This document shows positions 1-10,064 of a DNA stretch of 56,482 bases, one piece after another. The stretch is from NCBI GenBank assembly GCA_016207115.1, contig JACQQI010000007.1, forward strand, positions 1-56,482, in the 5' to 3' direction. Position 1 is the stretch's first letter. Each line of letters starts with the position of its first letter. The position numbers were made by a program, and so were the translations under genes. The notes under the pieces were generated by a model. It made no database searches. It had not been told where the DNA came from and worked only from the letters and a program-made list of their open reading frames with translations. This DNA comes from Candidatus Nealsonbacteria bacterium. GTDB lineage: Bacteria > Patescibacteriota > Minisyncoccia > Minisyncoccales > GWA2-46-15.

Positions 1-49
1 CACTTGGGAAATACTTACATATATATAGGAAAAACAACCAGAGGAATCT

Positions 50-3000
50 ATGTCTTTAATGGAGGTTCCGAAGAATTTATCCGTGAGGTCATTCTTAATG
101 GCAAATGGTAAGATAATAGCTTTGACGGTTACCTTGATAGTAACCGTTGGTTTTTTATCTGCCAACATCGGTCTGGGCGGAGTTTTGAATATTGATAATA
201 AGACGGTGGCCGGCTTTAAGTTTTTCTTAGGCACGTTGAAAACTTTTGCCAATGTGAGCATTACCGATGATCAGATCAGGAGTCTTTTTAACCTGACCGT
301 CGGCGGCGCGAGTACCGGCGCTGACATCAGTTACGGCCTTTTGGTTTTGAGCGCCATGAACGAATTCGATCTGATCGACATGGTTTCTTCCCAATCCTAT
401 AAGGAAAAAGCCCGGGATTATTTTGATTCGGTCGTTAATTCTCGATTGAATATAGTTGACCGGGGTGAGGACATTAGCTTTGATATGATTACGGTTTTTT
501 TCAAGCTTATTAGACAAGGCGGAGCCAGCGCCACGCCCATAACTAGTTTAAGCTTGAGTTCTTTTGCTATTACCGGCAAGACCATCGCTATTTTTAATAC
601 CCTTCATGTTTTAAGTCAGGAAAAGCTTTATGATGGAATTTGGCGCTACTTTGACTCAAGGAGAGGCGGCGAGAGCCATCAAGTTGCCTGGGAAGACGCC
701 AAGGCGGAAATGGGATGGGCAGCAAAACTTTCTCTCGTAGAAGGAAAAAGGTTTAGATCAGGGGCAGACAAGGATAATTATGATCAGCTTGCCCTTCGAT
801 TCGCTAGCCTTTGGGATGCTTGGGGGCAAAAGACTGATGCTTTTGGCGTCAAGCCGGAATTTAAAGAAAAGTTCGCCGGAGAAATTGGCTCGATTATTTC
901 CGCCGGACTCAATAACTCTCAATTTGCCCAACCCCAGCCGAAGCCTTTTCTCGATAAGGCGGCCGCCGAGCTCGCTCGAATCAAGAATTTATTGGCTAGT
1001 CTAATCGATCAGATCAATCTCAAAGCTGCCACCGGGGGACTGGTCGGATTATTGTCGTCGGAGGAAACCATTATTAACAATCCCTCGGCCGTGACGGCGG
1101 CGGTTGGCCTAGAACTGGACCAGACGGGAATCAATGATTTGAAGGAGCAGATTGATACATTGAGCCAGAAGGTGACAGAGGTCCTGCCATTGGCTTTGCC
1201 CGATTCGTCCCTTTCCAGCCTGGTCCAGGCGGCGGTCACTCGGCCCCTGCTCAGTCCCGTTCCTAGTCCAAAATCAACACTCAGCGCGTCTCCCAGCCCT
1301 TCGCCGAGCCCAAAGCCGAGCCCTTCACCCTCGCCTTCACCGGCGCGCTCGCCGTCTCCCTTGCCCAGTCCTCTGGTTAGTCCTTCGCCCAGTCCTTCGA
1401 GTCCGCTCAGGACTCCTAGCCCATCGGCTAGTCCATCGCCCAGTCCTTCACCGATTCCTAGTCCTTCGCCTCAGGCCGGCGGCGGCACGATTGATACTTT
1501 GCCGCCGACCGTTTCTGGTTTGCTCGTCCAGACTTCGTCTAATTTTGTCGTCATTTCCTGGCAGACCGACGAAGACTCAACCGCGCAGTTGGAATACGGC
1601 CCGACGACGAGTTACGGCAGCAGCCTTTCTGACAACGCCGCCTCTCAGAGGCACGTCTTTTACCTCGAGAACTTGAGCCTAAAGACGGCTTACTCTTTCC
1701 GCTACAAGAACCGCGACGCCAGGGGAAACGAGAGTTGGTCGGCCAGCCAGACTTTTCAGACCCAGCCCAAGGTTTTGATCAACGAGGTGCAAACCGGCCC
1801 CGACGAATTCGTCGAGCTCTATAACCCCAATTCAGAAGCGGTCAATCTCAGCGGTTTTTATCTCAACCATTACGCCGCTTCGTACAACTGGGGCGATCCG
1901 AGTAAAAGATGGTCTTTGCCGGCCGCCAGCCTGCCGAGCCACGGCTATTATCTGATCGGCGTTTACAACTTCCCTGACAGCGGCGGCAATCCCAGCGCCG
2001 ACACCCAGGCCCGAAACAACAACCCTTATACTTCGGGACAAATGAGTAATGACGGCGGCGGTCTGGCTCTTTTCGGCTTTGACGTCGCCACCTTGACTCA
2101 CGAGAGAGCGGAAAAGGCCAAGATCGATGCTTTTGGCTGGGGCAGCCCCTTGGTTAAAGAGGGAACCGCCTCGGCCGCCTTAACCAGCGGCCAAAGCCTG
2201 GAAAGAATTGGCAGCGGTACGGATACGGGTAATAATCTAAGCGATTTTCAGGTCAAAGCCCAGCCCAGCCCGACTAATTTTCTAGGCCAAACCAAAATCT
2301 ATCCTAGTCCGAGTCCTAGCCCATCACCCAGCCCCAGCCCCTCTCCTTCACCCAGTCCTTCGCCGTCGCCTACACCCTCTCCTAGCCCCAGTCCTTCGCC
2401 GTCACCGAGTCCCAGTCCGTCTCCTTCTCCTTCACCGTCTCCAACCCCCTCGCCGAGCCCCAGTCCTTCGCCGTCACCCAGCCCGAGTCCCTCGCCGAGC
2501 CCTAGTCCGACCCCGTCTCCTTCGCCCAGCCCTAGTCCATCACCCAGCCCGTCACCGTCACCGAGCCCTTCTCCTTCACCCTCACCCTCGCCTTCACCCA
2601 GCCCGTCACCGGGGGTCATTAGTGATACTTTCGAATCCTATGTGGATGGTTCACTTTTGGACGGTCAGGGTCAGTGGGTTTCATCTAACAGCTACAACGC
2701 TTCAGTTTCGATTGACTATGCTCACGGTGGTAGCACAAAATCGGCCAGGGTTTGCGGCAGTTGCGACGTGATTACTCACGATAGGCTTTGGGGTGATTTT
2801 ACAACTTCGACCGAGGGAAAGCTGGATTTTTGGGCTTATGTCAATCGACTGGATGCCAACGATAATCAGTCTTTCTATTTTAAAAAAGACGGGACGGGGG
2901 TTTTCGAAGTTTATCTTGCGACCGATGTCGACAATGCGCCACGGCTTTGCGCCGGCGGTAATTATTCCGGTTCCACCTGTCTGAGTTTTACGATAAACAC

Positions 3001-3187
3001 CTGGGCACATTTAGTAATTCAATGGAATGCTTCACAGTACAAATACAGCGTCGACGGAGGAACGACTTGGAGTAGTTGGCAAGATCCAGGAATCAATCCT
3101 CTGACCAATGGGGTCAATCAGCTTCGCGCCTACGGTAACGGCCAGTACCGGAAGATTTACTTTGATGATTTTGGCGCTGGGCCCTAG
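50..3187 (+). CDS. Secreted multidomain surface protein: TM/signal anchor, ~330-aa unknown domain, coiled coil, PS linker, FN3-like domain, lamin-tail domain (LTD), >100-residue (SP)n linker, C-terminal ConA/LamG-like jelly-roll
   Basis: ATG at 50 is preceded by GAGG. Hydrophobic '[17 protein letters not shown]'. '[34 protein letters not shown]' is FN3/PAP-N-like. '[31 protein letters not shown]' is an LTD signature. Beta-rich C-terminus '[20 protein letters not shown]'. Motifs recognised by eye. Confidence 0.8.
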   Translation: MSLMEVPKNLSVRSFLMANGKIIALTVTLIVTVGFLSANIGLGGVLNIDNKTVAGFKFFLGTLKTFANVSITDDQIRSLFNLTVGGASTGADISYGLLVLSAMNEFDLIDMVSSQSYKEKARDYFDSVVNSRLNIVDRGEDISFDMITVFFKLIRQGGASATPITSLSLSSFAITGKTIAIFNTLHVLSQEKLYDGIWRYFDSRRGGESHQVAWEDAKAEMGWAAKLSLVEGKRFRSGADKDNYDQLALRFASLWDAWGQKTDAFGVKPEFKEKFAGEIGSIISAGLNNSQFAQPQPKPFLDKAAAELARIKNLLASLIDQINLKAATGGLVGLLSSEETIINNPSAVTAAVGLELDQTGINDLKEQIDTLSQKVTEVLPLALPDSSLSSLVQAAVTRPLLSPVPSPKSTLSASPSPSPSPKPSPSPSPSPARSPSPLPSPLVSPSPSPSSPLRTPSPSASPSPSPSPIPSPSPQAGGGTIDTLPPTVSGLLVQTSSNFVVISWQTDEDSTAQLEYGPTTSYGSSLSDNAASQRHVFYLENLSLKTAYSFRYKNRDARGNESWSASQTFQTQPKVLINEVQTGPDEFVELYNPNSEAVNLSGFYLNHYAASYNWGDPSKRWSLPAASLPSHGYYLIGVYNFPDSGGNPSADTQARNNNPYTSGQMSNDGGGLALFGFDVATLTHERAEKAKIDAFGWGSPLVKEGTASAALTSGQSLERIGSGTDTGNNLSDFQVKAQPSPTNFLGQTKIYPSPSPSPSPSPSPSPSPSPSPSPTPSPSPSPSPSPSPSPSPSPSPSPTPSPSPSPSPSPSPSPSPSPSPTPSPSPSPSPSPSPSPSPSPSPSPSPSPSPSPSPGVISDTFESYVDGSLLDGQGQWVSSNSYNASVSIDYAHGGSTKSARVCGSCDVITHDRLWGDFTTSTEGKLDFWAYVNRLDANDNQSFYFKKDGTGVFEVYLATDVDNAPRLCAGGNYSGSTCLSFTINTWAHLVIQWNASQYKYSVDGGTTWSSWQDPGINPLTNGVNQLRAYGNGQYRKIYFDDFGAGP
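1253..1470 (+). repeat. Pro/Ser-rich low-complexity linker (coding)
   Basis: Translates to '[40 protein letters not shown]...[12 protein letters not shown]'. Boundaries approximate. Confidence 0.8.
2303..2611 (+). repeat. About 100 codons of near-perfect (Ser-Pro)n with periodic Thr-Pro punctuation (coding microsatellite-like tract)
   Basis: 6-nt period agYccN/tcNccN. 'TPSP' recurs about every 20-22 residues. Codons are varied (agc/agt/tcg/tca/tct). Confidence 0.9.
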
Positions 3188-3235
3188 GCTGTGCTTAATT
3201 TAGTTAAGCACGGAGCCAGCCTTGCGACTTTGTCA

Positions 3236-3258
3236 ACAGAGGAGACCCTCTGTTTTTT
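3236..3258 (+). terminator. Rho-independent terminator after the first surface-protein gene
   Basis: acagagg-agac-cctctgt followed by ttttt. An 8-bp hairpin gtgcttaa/ttaagcac lies at 3191-3211 just upstream. Confidence 0.7.
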
Positions 3259-3298
3259 GTTGCCTGTTTTGAGGTTTTTGTGCTATCTTCTTTAAAGA

Positions 3299-3907
3299 AT
3301 GGAAAAACAAGAATTGGTCCAATTGACCAGCGATCTTTATCGCCTGACCCTGCTTTTCCCCAAGAAGGAGCCTTTGCGCTACAAAATGAGGGAGTTGGCC
3401 GATGACGTTCTGGCCGATATCTTAAAGCTCGGTTCCGGCCTTGGCCCTCAACCGGGTCTGAATTTAGACATCGTTCAGGACTTGGAAATTCTCTGCCACT
3501 TCTTTATCGTCGCCCGAGAGCAAAACTGGGTCAGTTTGTCTGATCTCTTGAACGTGAGCGAAAGGTATGCTACCCTGAAAGAAGAATTGAGCCGTTACCC
3601 TAGCGGTTCAGAAAGGGAAGATACCGCCGGCCAGGGGCCGGGAACAATGACGAACCAAACCGCCATTGATTTTAATGGTTCGCCCAAGAATATTCAGCGC
3701 CAAGACAGGATTCTGGAAATCCTAAAGGAAAAGGGCCGAGCCCAAGTTTGGGAATTTAAAAAGATATTTCCCGGAGTGAGCAAGAGAACTCTGCGCCGAG
3801 ATTTTGAGTACTTAGTCAGTCAGAATCTGGTTGAGAGGTTGGGAGAGAAGAATCAAACCTTCTACACCTCCAAAATACAGGTAGGACATGAGGTAGGTCA
3901 AAGTTAA
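3299..3907 (+). CDS. Transcriptional regulator, helical N-terminal domain plus C-terminal DeoR-type winged HTH
   Basis: 'RQDRILEILKEKGRAQVWEFKKIFPGVSKRTLRRDFEYLVSQNLVERLG' resembles HTH_DeoR. Confidence 0.6.
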   Translation: MEKQELVQLTSDLYRLTLLFPKKEPLRYKMRELADDVLADILKLGSGLGPQPGLNLDIVQDLEILCHFFIVAREQNWVSLSDLLNVSERYATLKEELSRYPSGSEREDTAGQGPGTMTNQTAIDFNGSPKNIQRQDRILEILKEKGRAQVWEFKKIFPGVSKRTLRRDFEYLVSQNLVERLGEKNQTFYTSKIQVGHEVGQS

Positions 3908-3981
3908 CCGCCTTAATGGGCAGCGTGTCCTATCTATTTGTTCCTATCCAAGCCTTAATTTGAAATCTGTCCTAACTATCA

Positions 3982-4485
3982 ATGGATCATCTCCAAAAGG
4001 AGTTCGGCAAACTTTATGATCAGCACATCGGTAAGATCTATCGGTTTGTTTTCCTCAGGGTGAATTCTACCGAGACGGCTCAAGACCTGACCTCAGAAAC
4101 CTTTGTGCGCGCCTGGGATAGATTTAAAGCCGGCGGTTCCGAACCAGGCGTTAAAAACTGGGCCGCCTTTCTTTATCAGATTGCCCGCAACCTGGTGACT
4201 GATTTCTATCGGGAAAAAGGCAAGATTCAGATCGTTTCCGCCAGCTATGTGGCCGATCCCAACCCGGCCCTGGATTTGGAGAATCAGGCATTTTTGAACT
4301 CAGACGTGGAACGAATAAAGGCAGCTCTATCTAAGCTGGGAGAAGAACACCAGGAAGTGATCATCTGGCGCTATTTGGACGGGCTCTCAAACAAGGAAAT
4401 TGCCGAGATCTTGGGTAAGCCCGAAGGCACGGTGCGGGTGATCGTTCATCGGGCTTTGGAAGCTCTGCGCAAAACTCTGGCCTAG
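3982..4485 (+). CDS. ECF-family RNA polymerase sigma factor (sigma-70 regions 2 and 4)
   Basis: Region 2 'IYRFVFLRVNSTETAQDLTSETFVRAW'. Region 4 'LSNKEIAEILGKPEGTVRVIVHRALEALRK'. Confidence 0.85.
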   Translation: MDHLQKEFGKLYDQHIGKIYRFVFLRVNSTETAQDLTSETFVRAWDRFKAGGSEPGVKNWAAFLYQIARNLVTDFYREKGKIQIVSASYVADPNPALDLENQAFLNSDVERIKAALSKLGEEHQEVIIWRYLDGLSNKEIAEILGKPEGTVRVIVHRALEALRKTLA

Positions 4486-4530
4486 CTCAAGAATGTAACG
4501 TTTTTCGTCTTTTTGCGTCATTATCTTAGT

Positions 4531-5271
4531 ATGACCGAAAAAGACCTCATCAAGAAAATTAGCGCTCTTCAAGAGATTAAACCGGAAAAAGACTGGGTTG
4601 TTTTGACGAAGAGGCAGATTTTGAGAGATTGGCAGAAGCCCAGCTTGACCGAAGGCGTTTTAGAGGTTTTTCAAGTTTTGCCCGGGCTTTTCCGAGGATA
4701 CCGGCCAGCCTTAGCCACCCTGGCTTTTCTGGGTTTGATGGTTGGTTCTTTTGGATTTAGCCAGCTGGCCTTGCCCGGAGACTCCTTTTATCCGATCAAA
4801 AAGATGACGGAGAGGGTCGGTTATCTGTTGGTGGCCAAAGACCAGCAACCCCAAGCTTCTCTAGAGATGGCCAATAAGCGCCTGGATGAGCTGACGGCCA
4901 TTGCCCAGAACAACCAGGCCAGGAATTTGGCTCCGGCTATCAATGAGTTCAAGGCCAGCCTCGGCCAAGCCGTCAACACCCTGAAAGTGGTCAATGGCTC
5001 GCCGAAACTGACTCGGGAGATCGTCAAAGAAAGCGAGAAATTAATCGAGAATAAGAGCAAAATTGAAGCCCTGGGCGTGTCGGTTGACGAGGGCCAGGAA
5101 TTAAGCGCCGCTTTATCCCGGCTGGTGGAGAGAGAAATTAAGGATCTGGAGAGTCGGAGCTTGAACTCCGAGCAGCAAAAACTTTTGGAGCAGGCCAAAG
5201 AGAATTACCAAAAGGGCAATTTCAGCCAAGCCTTGGAAACCATCCTGTTATTGAGTTATCCACAGCCATAA
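4531..5271 (+). CDS. Anti-sigma-like single-pass membrane protein (DUF5667-type extracytoplasmic helical domain)
   Basis: Immediately follows the ECF sigma gene. TM segment 'ALATLAFLGLMVGSFGF' followed by 'LPGDSFYPIKKMTERV'. ATG at 4531 preferred over the TTG at 4513 used by the ORF track. Confidence 0.55.
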   Translation: MTEKDLIKKISALQEIKPEKDWVVLTKRQILRDWQKPSLTEGVLEVFQVLPGLFRGYRPALATLAFLGLMVGSFGFSQLALPGDSFYPIKKMTERVGYLLVAKDQQPQASLEMANKRLDELTAIAQNNQARNLAPAINEFKASLGQAVNTLKVVNGSPKLTREIVKESEKLIENKSKIEALGVSVDEGQELSAALSRLVEREIKDLESRSLNSEQQKLLEQAKENYQKGNFSQALETILLLSYPQP

Positions 5272-5284
5272 ATTAACACTTAAT

Positions 5285-5524
5285 ATGGAGAAACCGATTA
5301 CTAAAAAGTATTTGGACAATTCGCTGGATAAACTGGCCCGGATAGTTAAAAAAGGGTTCGATGGAGTAGATAAAGGGTTTGAGGGCAACAGAAAAGAACA
5401 CCAGCGCATTTTTGATCGCTTGGATAAGATTGACGCGAGGTTAAGCGGAATTGTCTATCGGCAAGAATTTGAAGAATTAAAAGCGAGGATGAAAACAATT
5501 GAGGAAGCCTTAGCCATAAGATGA
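5285..5524 (+). CDS. Small coiled-coil hypothetical protein
   Basis: 79-aa charged, heptad-like ORF with no recognisable family. Confidence 0.4.
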   Translation: MEKPITKKYLDNSLDKLARIVKKGFDGVDKGFEGNRKEHQRIFDRLDKIDARLSGIVYRQEFEELKARMKTIEEALAIR

Positions 5525-5682
5525 TCAACTCGTCTAAAGACGATTTCAATTTTAACATTTGAAGACTATTAAAAGCCTCGGTTTTTTGAGTGTGAAAAGA
5601 GATATCTCTACCCAAAAGACCAAGCCCCGGTCGGCAATAGTCAAAAAGACAAAATAAAAAGAATTAAAAAAGTAAACAACAA

Positions 5683-8600
5683 ATGAAAGATTTACAGAAA
5701 AAGATTCTAGCTCTGGTGACGATGGTGACTCTGGTAATGATGATGGCCCCTTCAGTCTCGGCCTTGACGGCCGATGAGCTGGCGGCTCAGATCGCGGCTT
5801 TACAGGCGCAATTGGCGGCTTTGAACAGCCAGTTGAACCAAACAACGCCGGCGGCCTCGGGCTCCTTTGACACCAACCTCTATTTCGGGTTGAAGAATGC
5901 CAAAGTGACGGCTTTGCAGGAGTTTCTCATCAGTAAGGGGCATTTGGCGGCTGGCTTGAACACCAGCTACTTTGGTTCTTTAACCAAGGCGGCGGTCATG
6001 GCTTACCAGACAGCCAAGGGCATTACCCCAGTGGCCGGTTACTTTGGTCCTTTGACCAGAGCCGCCGCCAATGCGGATAGTGGAGTTGTCACGCCCAGCC
6101 CTTCACCGGGCGCATCACCTAGTCCATCAACTGCACCATCAGCTGATGCAGTTAGTTTGGGTTCGGTTTCCGCGGCTTCAGCCGTGGCCAAGAACGCCCA
6201 GAACGTGACGTTCTTTAACCTCAACTTTGCCGCCGGATCAACCGCCTATACCGTCTCCAAGATCGTGGTTTCTCGGGGCGGGGTTTCCGCCGACGCGGAT
6301 ATTGCCGCCGTTAAACTTTATGACGGCATGACCCAAGTCGGTTCAAGCCAAGCTCTCAACACCACCACTCACAAAGCCACTTTCAGCATCAATTGGCAGG
6401 TTCCGGCCAACACCACCAAGGTTTTGACCGTAAAAGCCAACATTGCGCCCACAGGTACGTCCACGACCGGCAACAGCATTACTTTGGGAGTGGCGGCGGC
6501 CTCGGACATCACTTCGACGTCCGCGGGTTTAGCCGGTTCCTTCCCGATGGTGTCTAATGCCATGAACGTGTCCGGCACCGCAGTCGGCGTTCTTGATGTT
6601 GACGTCCAGACCGGTTTAGTTCCGGCTTCGACCATCCTTTCCGGAGCGGTCGAGCAGGAAATTGCCGCCTGGAAATTCGCCGCGAGTTCCGTTGAGGGAT
6701 TCAGCGTCAAATCAATCAAGGTCACGCACACCGGCTCGGCAACGAGAACCGATGTCAAGAACCTGAAATTGAAAGTCGTTGGCGCCCAAATCGGTTCAAC
6801 TGTGACGGAATTAGCTTCCGACAACACGGGTACTTTTGACCTCTCCGCTTCGCCCTTAGTGCTCAATGCCGGTCAATCGAAGTATGTTTATGCCTACGCC
6901 GATACGGCCGCCGGCATCAACACCTCGAGATCGGTCATCTTCGAGATCACTCAGGCGACGGACGTTGACGCCTATGGTTCCAATTCGGGCGGCGGTGTAA
7001 CCATTACCAAGGCCAGCGGCGGCTCGGGTACGGCTTTCACCAGCCAGACCGGCGCCACCATGACCATTGGTCAGGGAACGCTCGTGACCGCTCTGGATTC
7101 GGCACAAAATCCGGCCACACAGAGTTATGTCGTGGGAACGACCAACCGGTTAATGACCGCGTTGAAGTTCTCGACCGGCTCTCGCGAGGGCGCGAGATTG
7201 ACCGAATTAAAGTTAACCTTGGCCGGCACCAATGCCGCGGCCACCGACATCGCCAATATCACCCTTTGGGATGGAACAGCCCAGGTGGGCGGATCCGGTT
7301 CGGTCATCGGCTCAACCGTGACCTTTGGCACCAATACCATTGGTTGGGATTCCAGCGGTTTATTTGACATTGCCGCTTCTACCAACAAGACCATTTTGGT
7401 CAAAGCGGACATTCCCAATGGCGCCAACACGACTCACACCGTATCTTTGAGCGTGGGCAACGCGGCTCACGTCAAAGCCGATGGTTTAGCCTCGCAGTAC
7501 GATTTACCGGCAGCTTCGGTTACCGGAACCGCAACGGGCAATGCCCATACCATTGCCGCTTACGGAACTTTGGCGGTTTCTTTAGCCTCGACCACGCCTT
7601 CGGCTCAAACCTATGTTAAAGGCGCGACCGGCAAGGAATTCACCAAGATTAACTTTACGGCCGGCACCGGCGAAGACATTTTAGTTTCCGCCGTGACCAT
7701 CAAATCTTACGCCGCTACGGGCACGGGCACGGCCACGGCTTCGGGCGACGTGACGAACGTGAAGTTAATGAAGGCGGATGGCACCCAGTTCGGTTCCACC
7801 GTTTCTGCTCCCAGCACGACCGAGTCGTTCTCGGGCAGCTTGACCGTTACTTCTGGTAATACCGCCACCTTGACGGTCGTAGCGGATATTCCGACGACCA
7901 CAGCTTTGGGTTCAGCCGGCGTTCACTTTGACGTGTTAGCCTCAACTGTCGCCACCGACGTCACTTCGACCGGTGTCTATTCCACCGCCGACGTGACCGA
8001 AACGGGTGGGGCCACCGGCAATCTGATGGTTGTCGGCACGGGCAGTTTGACCGTTTCCGTGGCGAGCAGCCCGGCCGATCAGACGGCCATTCTCAACGCG
8101 AGCGGCGTGACTTACGCTGGCTTCGTTTTGACGGCCGGTTCGGCCGAGGATGTTCGCGTCAGCTCGATTAAGTTGACCAGAACTTCTTCTGGCACGGGAG
8201 CGGACGCGGATCTGTCCAACCTCGCTCTTTATAGCGATGCCGGCGCCAGATTGACCGCTTACAAGTCCTTAGCTACAGCCACCGTGACTTTCTCGGCCTC
8301 GGACTTCTTGAACTCCTTGGGCATCGACGTGACCAAGGGTCAACAGAAGCTCATTTACGCCAAGGCCGACGTGCCCTCAACCGCAACCAATAACGACAAG
8401 AGTTCTTTGGGCATTGATATCGCCGGCAGCGTCATCGTCACCGGATTGACTTCCAATACTAATCCGAACGCGACCCTGACGGCTGGTCCGGGCACTTCCA
8501 CCGGCGTCAACTGGAAAACGGGTACACCCGCGGCCACCGACCTCTACGAGGTCACCTTGTCTTCGGGCGGTTCTCTGACTTTGGCTCTTAATCCGGATAC

Positions 8601-9789
8601 TCCGATTACGGCCAGTCAGGCCGTGGGCGTTCAAGACGTCAACGGCAAAGCCGGAGTTTCCTTCACTAAATTGCTCTTCACCGCGGCTAATGAGGCGGTT
8701 AACCTGAAATCGTTCTTGGTTATCCGCAGCGCGGGAGCCAGCGCGGCTGATGGTGACTTCACAGCCATCAAGCTTTATGACGGCACCACCTTGGTCGCTT
8801 CGGGTTATCTGTCGGGCGGCACGGTTGAATTCAACTTAACCGCGGACAAATACGTCTCGGTGCCCAAGAATGGGACTAAGGTTTTGACCTTGGTCGGCGA
8901 TCTCGCCGGCGTGGGTACTTCGGGCGGAGCTTCGACTGGCGATGATCCGAAACTGGGCGTTCAATACAACGTCCAATCGGGCAATTGGTCGGCTAGCTAT
9001 GCCAACAAGTACAACGTTTCGGCCGAAGGCGCTGATTCTAAGTCCGCCATTTACGCGGCCGCTTCGGCTGCCCTCTACGGCAATACTCAGATTGTCCGGC
9101 AGTCAGTACCAACTTTGGCGACAGGAACATTACCTTCGACTCTGTTGAGTTCGGGCACCAAGACCCTCTACAAGTGGACCGTTTCGTCTGATTCTGTCGC
9201 GGCCACTGGTTGGGACGGCCTGGTCTTTAAGTTCACCGGCTCAATCCATGTCGATTCAACCACGGTGCGGACGATCGGCACCGACGACACGACCACAATC
9301 AAAGTGGACGGCGTCTATATGATTGTTTCTGGCGACGGTAACGCCGACACCAAGTTGATCGACGAAGGGACGATGAAGGTCTACAATTCGGCCACCAACA
9401 CTCAAGTGGCCGGAGCTTGGTACTTCAGAACCGACACCGATGCCAACGCCGGAACCTATGCCGTCTTTGTCCCGACCGCGGAAGAAGTTGTGGCGGCCGG
9501 AACCACCAACACCTATGAATTAAGAGGTGATCTGGGGTACGGCGGCTTTACCGGCGACGCAGTTTTGGTTAACGTGCCGGATCTGGCCAGCGCAGTGGCC
9601 ACCGGTTCGCTCGCAGCTGTTTTCGGCACCGCCAACGCGGCCGACAGCAACACCAACTCCACGACCATCACCAAATCCTTTGCTTGGTCGGACAGGTCCA
9701 ATGCCAGCCACACAACGAGTACGGCGGATTGGTCTGACGACTACAAGGTGCCGGGTGTCCCAATGTCAACTCTGACGTTGTCGAAGTAG
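5683..9789 (+). CDS. Giant wall-anchored surface protein: signal peptide, helix, N-terminal PG_binding_1, PS linker, about 7 degenerate tandem ~120-aa beta-sandwich repeats
   Basis: 'MMMAPSVSALTADELAAQIAALQAQLAALNSQL'. 'LYFGLKNAKVTALQEFLISKGHL...AVMAYQTAKGITPVAGYFGPLTRAA' (PG_binding_1). Recurring repeat signatures are '..KLYDG(T)..VG' and '..KT(L)TVKA(D)IP'. Confidence 0.85.
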   Translation: MKDLQKKILALVTMVTLVMMMAPSVSALTADELAAQIAALQAQLAALNSQLNQTTPAASGSFDTNLYFGLKNAKVTALQEFLISKGHLAAGLNTSYFGSLTKAAVMAYQTAKGITPVAGYFGPLTRAAANADSGVVTPSPSPGASPSPSTAPSADAVSLGSVSAASAVAKNAQNVTFFNLNFAAGSTAYTVSKIVVSRGGVSADADIAAVKLYDGMTQVGSSQALNTTTHKATFSINWQVPANTTKVLTVKANIAPTGTSTTGNSITLGVAAASDITSTSAGLAGSFPMVSNAMNVSGTAVGVLDVDVQTGLVPASTILSGAVEQEIAAWKFAASSVEGFSVKSIKVTHTGSATRTDVKNLKLKVVGAQIGSTVTELASDNTGTFDLSASPLVLNAGQSKYVYAYADTAAGINTSRSVIFEITQATDVDAYGSNSGGGVTITKASGGSGTAFTSQTGATMTIGQGTLVTALDSAQNPATQSYVVGTTNRLMTALKFSTGSREGARLTELKLTLAGTNAAATDIANITLWDGTAQVGGSGSVIGSTVTFGTNTIGWDSSGLFDIAASTNKTILVKADIPNGANTTHTVSLSVGNAAHVKADGLASQYDLPAASVTGTATGNAHTIAAYGTLAVSLASTTPSAQTYVKGATGKEFTKINFTAGTGEDILVSAVTIKSYAATGTGTATASGDVTNVKLMKADGTQFGSTVSAPSTTESFSGSLTVTSGNTATLTVVADIPTTTALGSAGVHFDVLASTVATDVTSTGVYSTADVTETGGATGNLMVVGTGSLTVSVASSPADQTAILNASGVTYAGFVLTAGSAEDVRVSSIKLTRTSSGTGADADLSNLALYSDAGARLTAYKSLATATVTFSASDFLNSLGIDVTKGQQKLIYAKADVPSTATNNDKSSLGIDIAGSVIVTGLTSNTNPNATLTAGPGTSTGVNWKTGTPAATDLYEVTLSSGGSLTLALNPDTPITASQAVGVQDVNGKAGVSFTKLLFTAANEAVNLKSFLVIRSAGASAADGDFTAIKLYDGTTLVASGYLSGGTVEFNLTADKYVSVPKNGTKVLTLVGDLAGVGTSGGASTGDDPKLGVQYNVQSGNWSASYANKYNVSAEGADSKSAIYAAASAALYGNTQIVRQSVPTLATGTLPSTLLSSGTKTLYKWTVSSDSVAATGWDGLVFKFTGSIHVDSTTVRTIGTDDTTTIKVDGVYMIVSGDGNADTKLIDEGTMKVYNSATNTQVAGAWYFRTDTDANAGTYAVFVPTAEEVVAAGTTNTYELRGDLGYGGFTGDAVLVNVPDLASAVATGSLAAVFGTANAADSNTNSTTITKSFAWSDRSNASHTTSTADWSDDYKVPGVPMSTLTLSK

Positions 9790-9855
9790 TTCTCTAGTTT
9801 CTGGTATCTTCCGAGTTAGTTCTCAAATTTGTCATCCTTGTGGGACAAACCAATC

Positions 9856-9882
9856 GGCGCCCTTTGCGGGGCGCCTTTTGGT
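9856..9882 (+). terminator. Rho-independent terminator
   Basis: ggcgccc-tttgcg-gggcgcc followed by ttttggtt. Confidence 0.7.
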
Positions 9883-9901
9883 TATCCACAGCTTGACACC
9901 T

Positions 9902-9931
9902 TTGCATTGTTTTTTGTTTTGGTAGTATAAT
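9902..9931 (+). promoter_or_regulatory. Sigma-70-type promoter for the first fibre-like gene
   Basis: TTGCAT, 18 nt spacer, TATAAT. It would give a ~130-nt leader before the ATG at 10065. Confidence 0.5.
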
Positions 9932-10064
9932 GAAAACAGAATACAACAAAGGTCGAAGCCTGGGATTTCTTTAAATCTAGGCAAGTGCAAAAGTCGACAA
10001 CTCATTTTGTTTATTGGTGCACGATAAATAAAGTGAGTCATTATCTAAAAATCATTAACAAAAA

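Noticed and set aside
2303-2611. A possible CRISPR array or non-coding satellite.
   Set aside because: The period is 6 nt and there are no unique spacers. The tract is in frame within a long ORF, with domains on both sides. No cas genes occur anywhere in the window.
2299-2619. A (Gly-Glu/Gly-Leu/Gly-Asp)n ORF on the minus strand, with its twin at 12892-13182.
   Set aside because: It is the exact mirror image of the (Ser-Pro)n coding tract, so it is a reverse-complement artefact.
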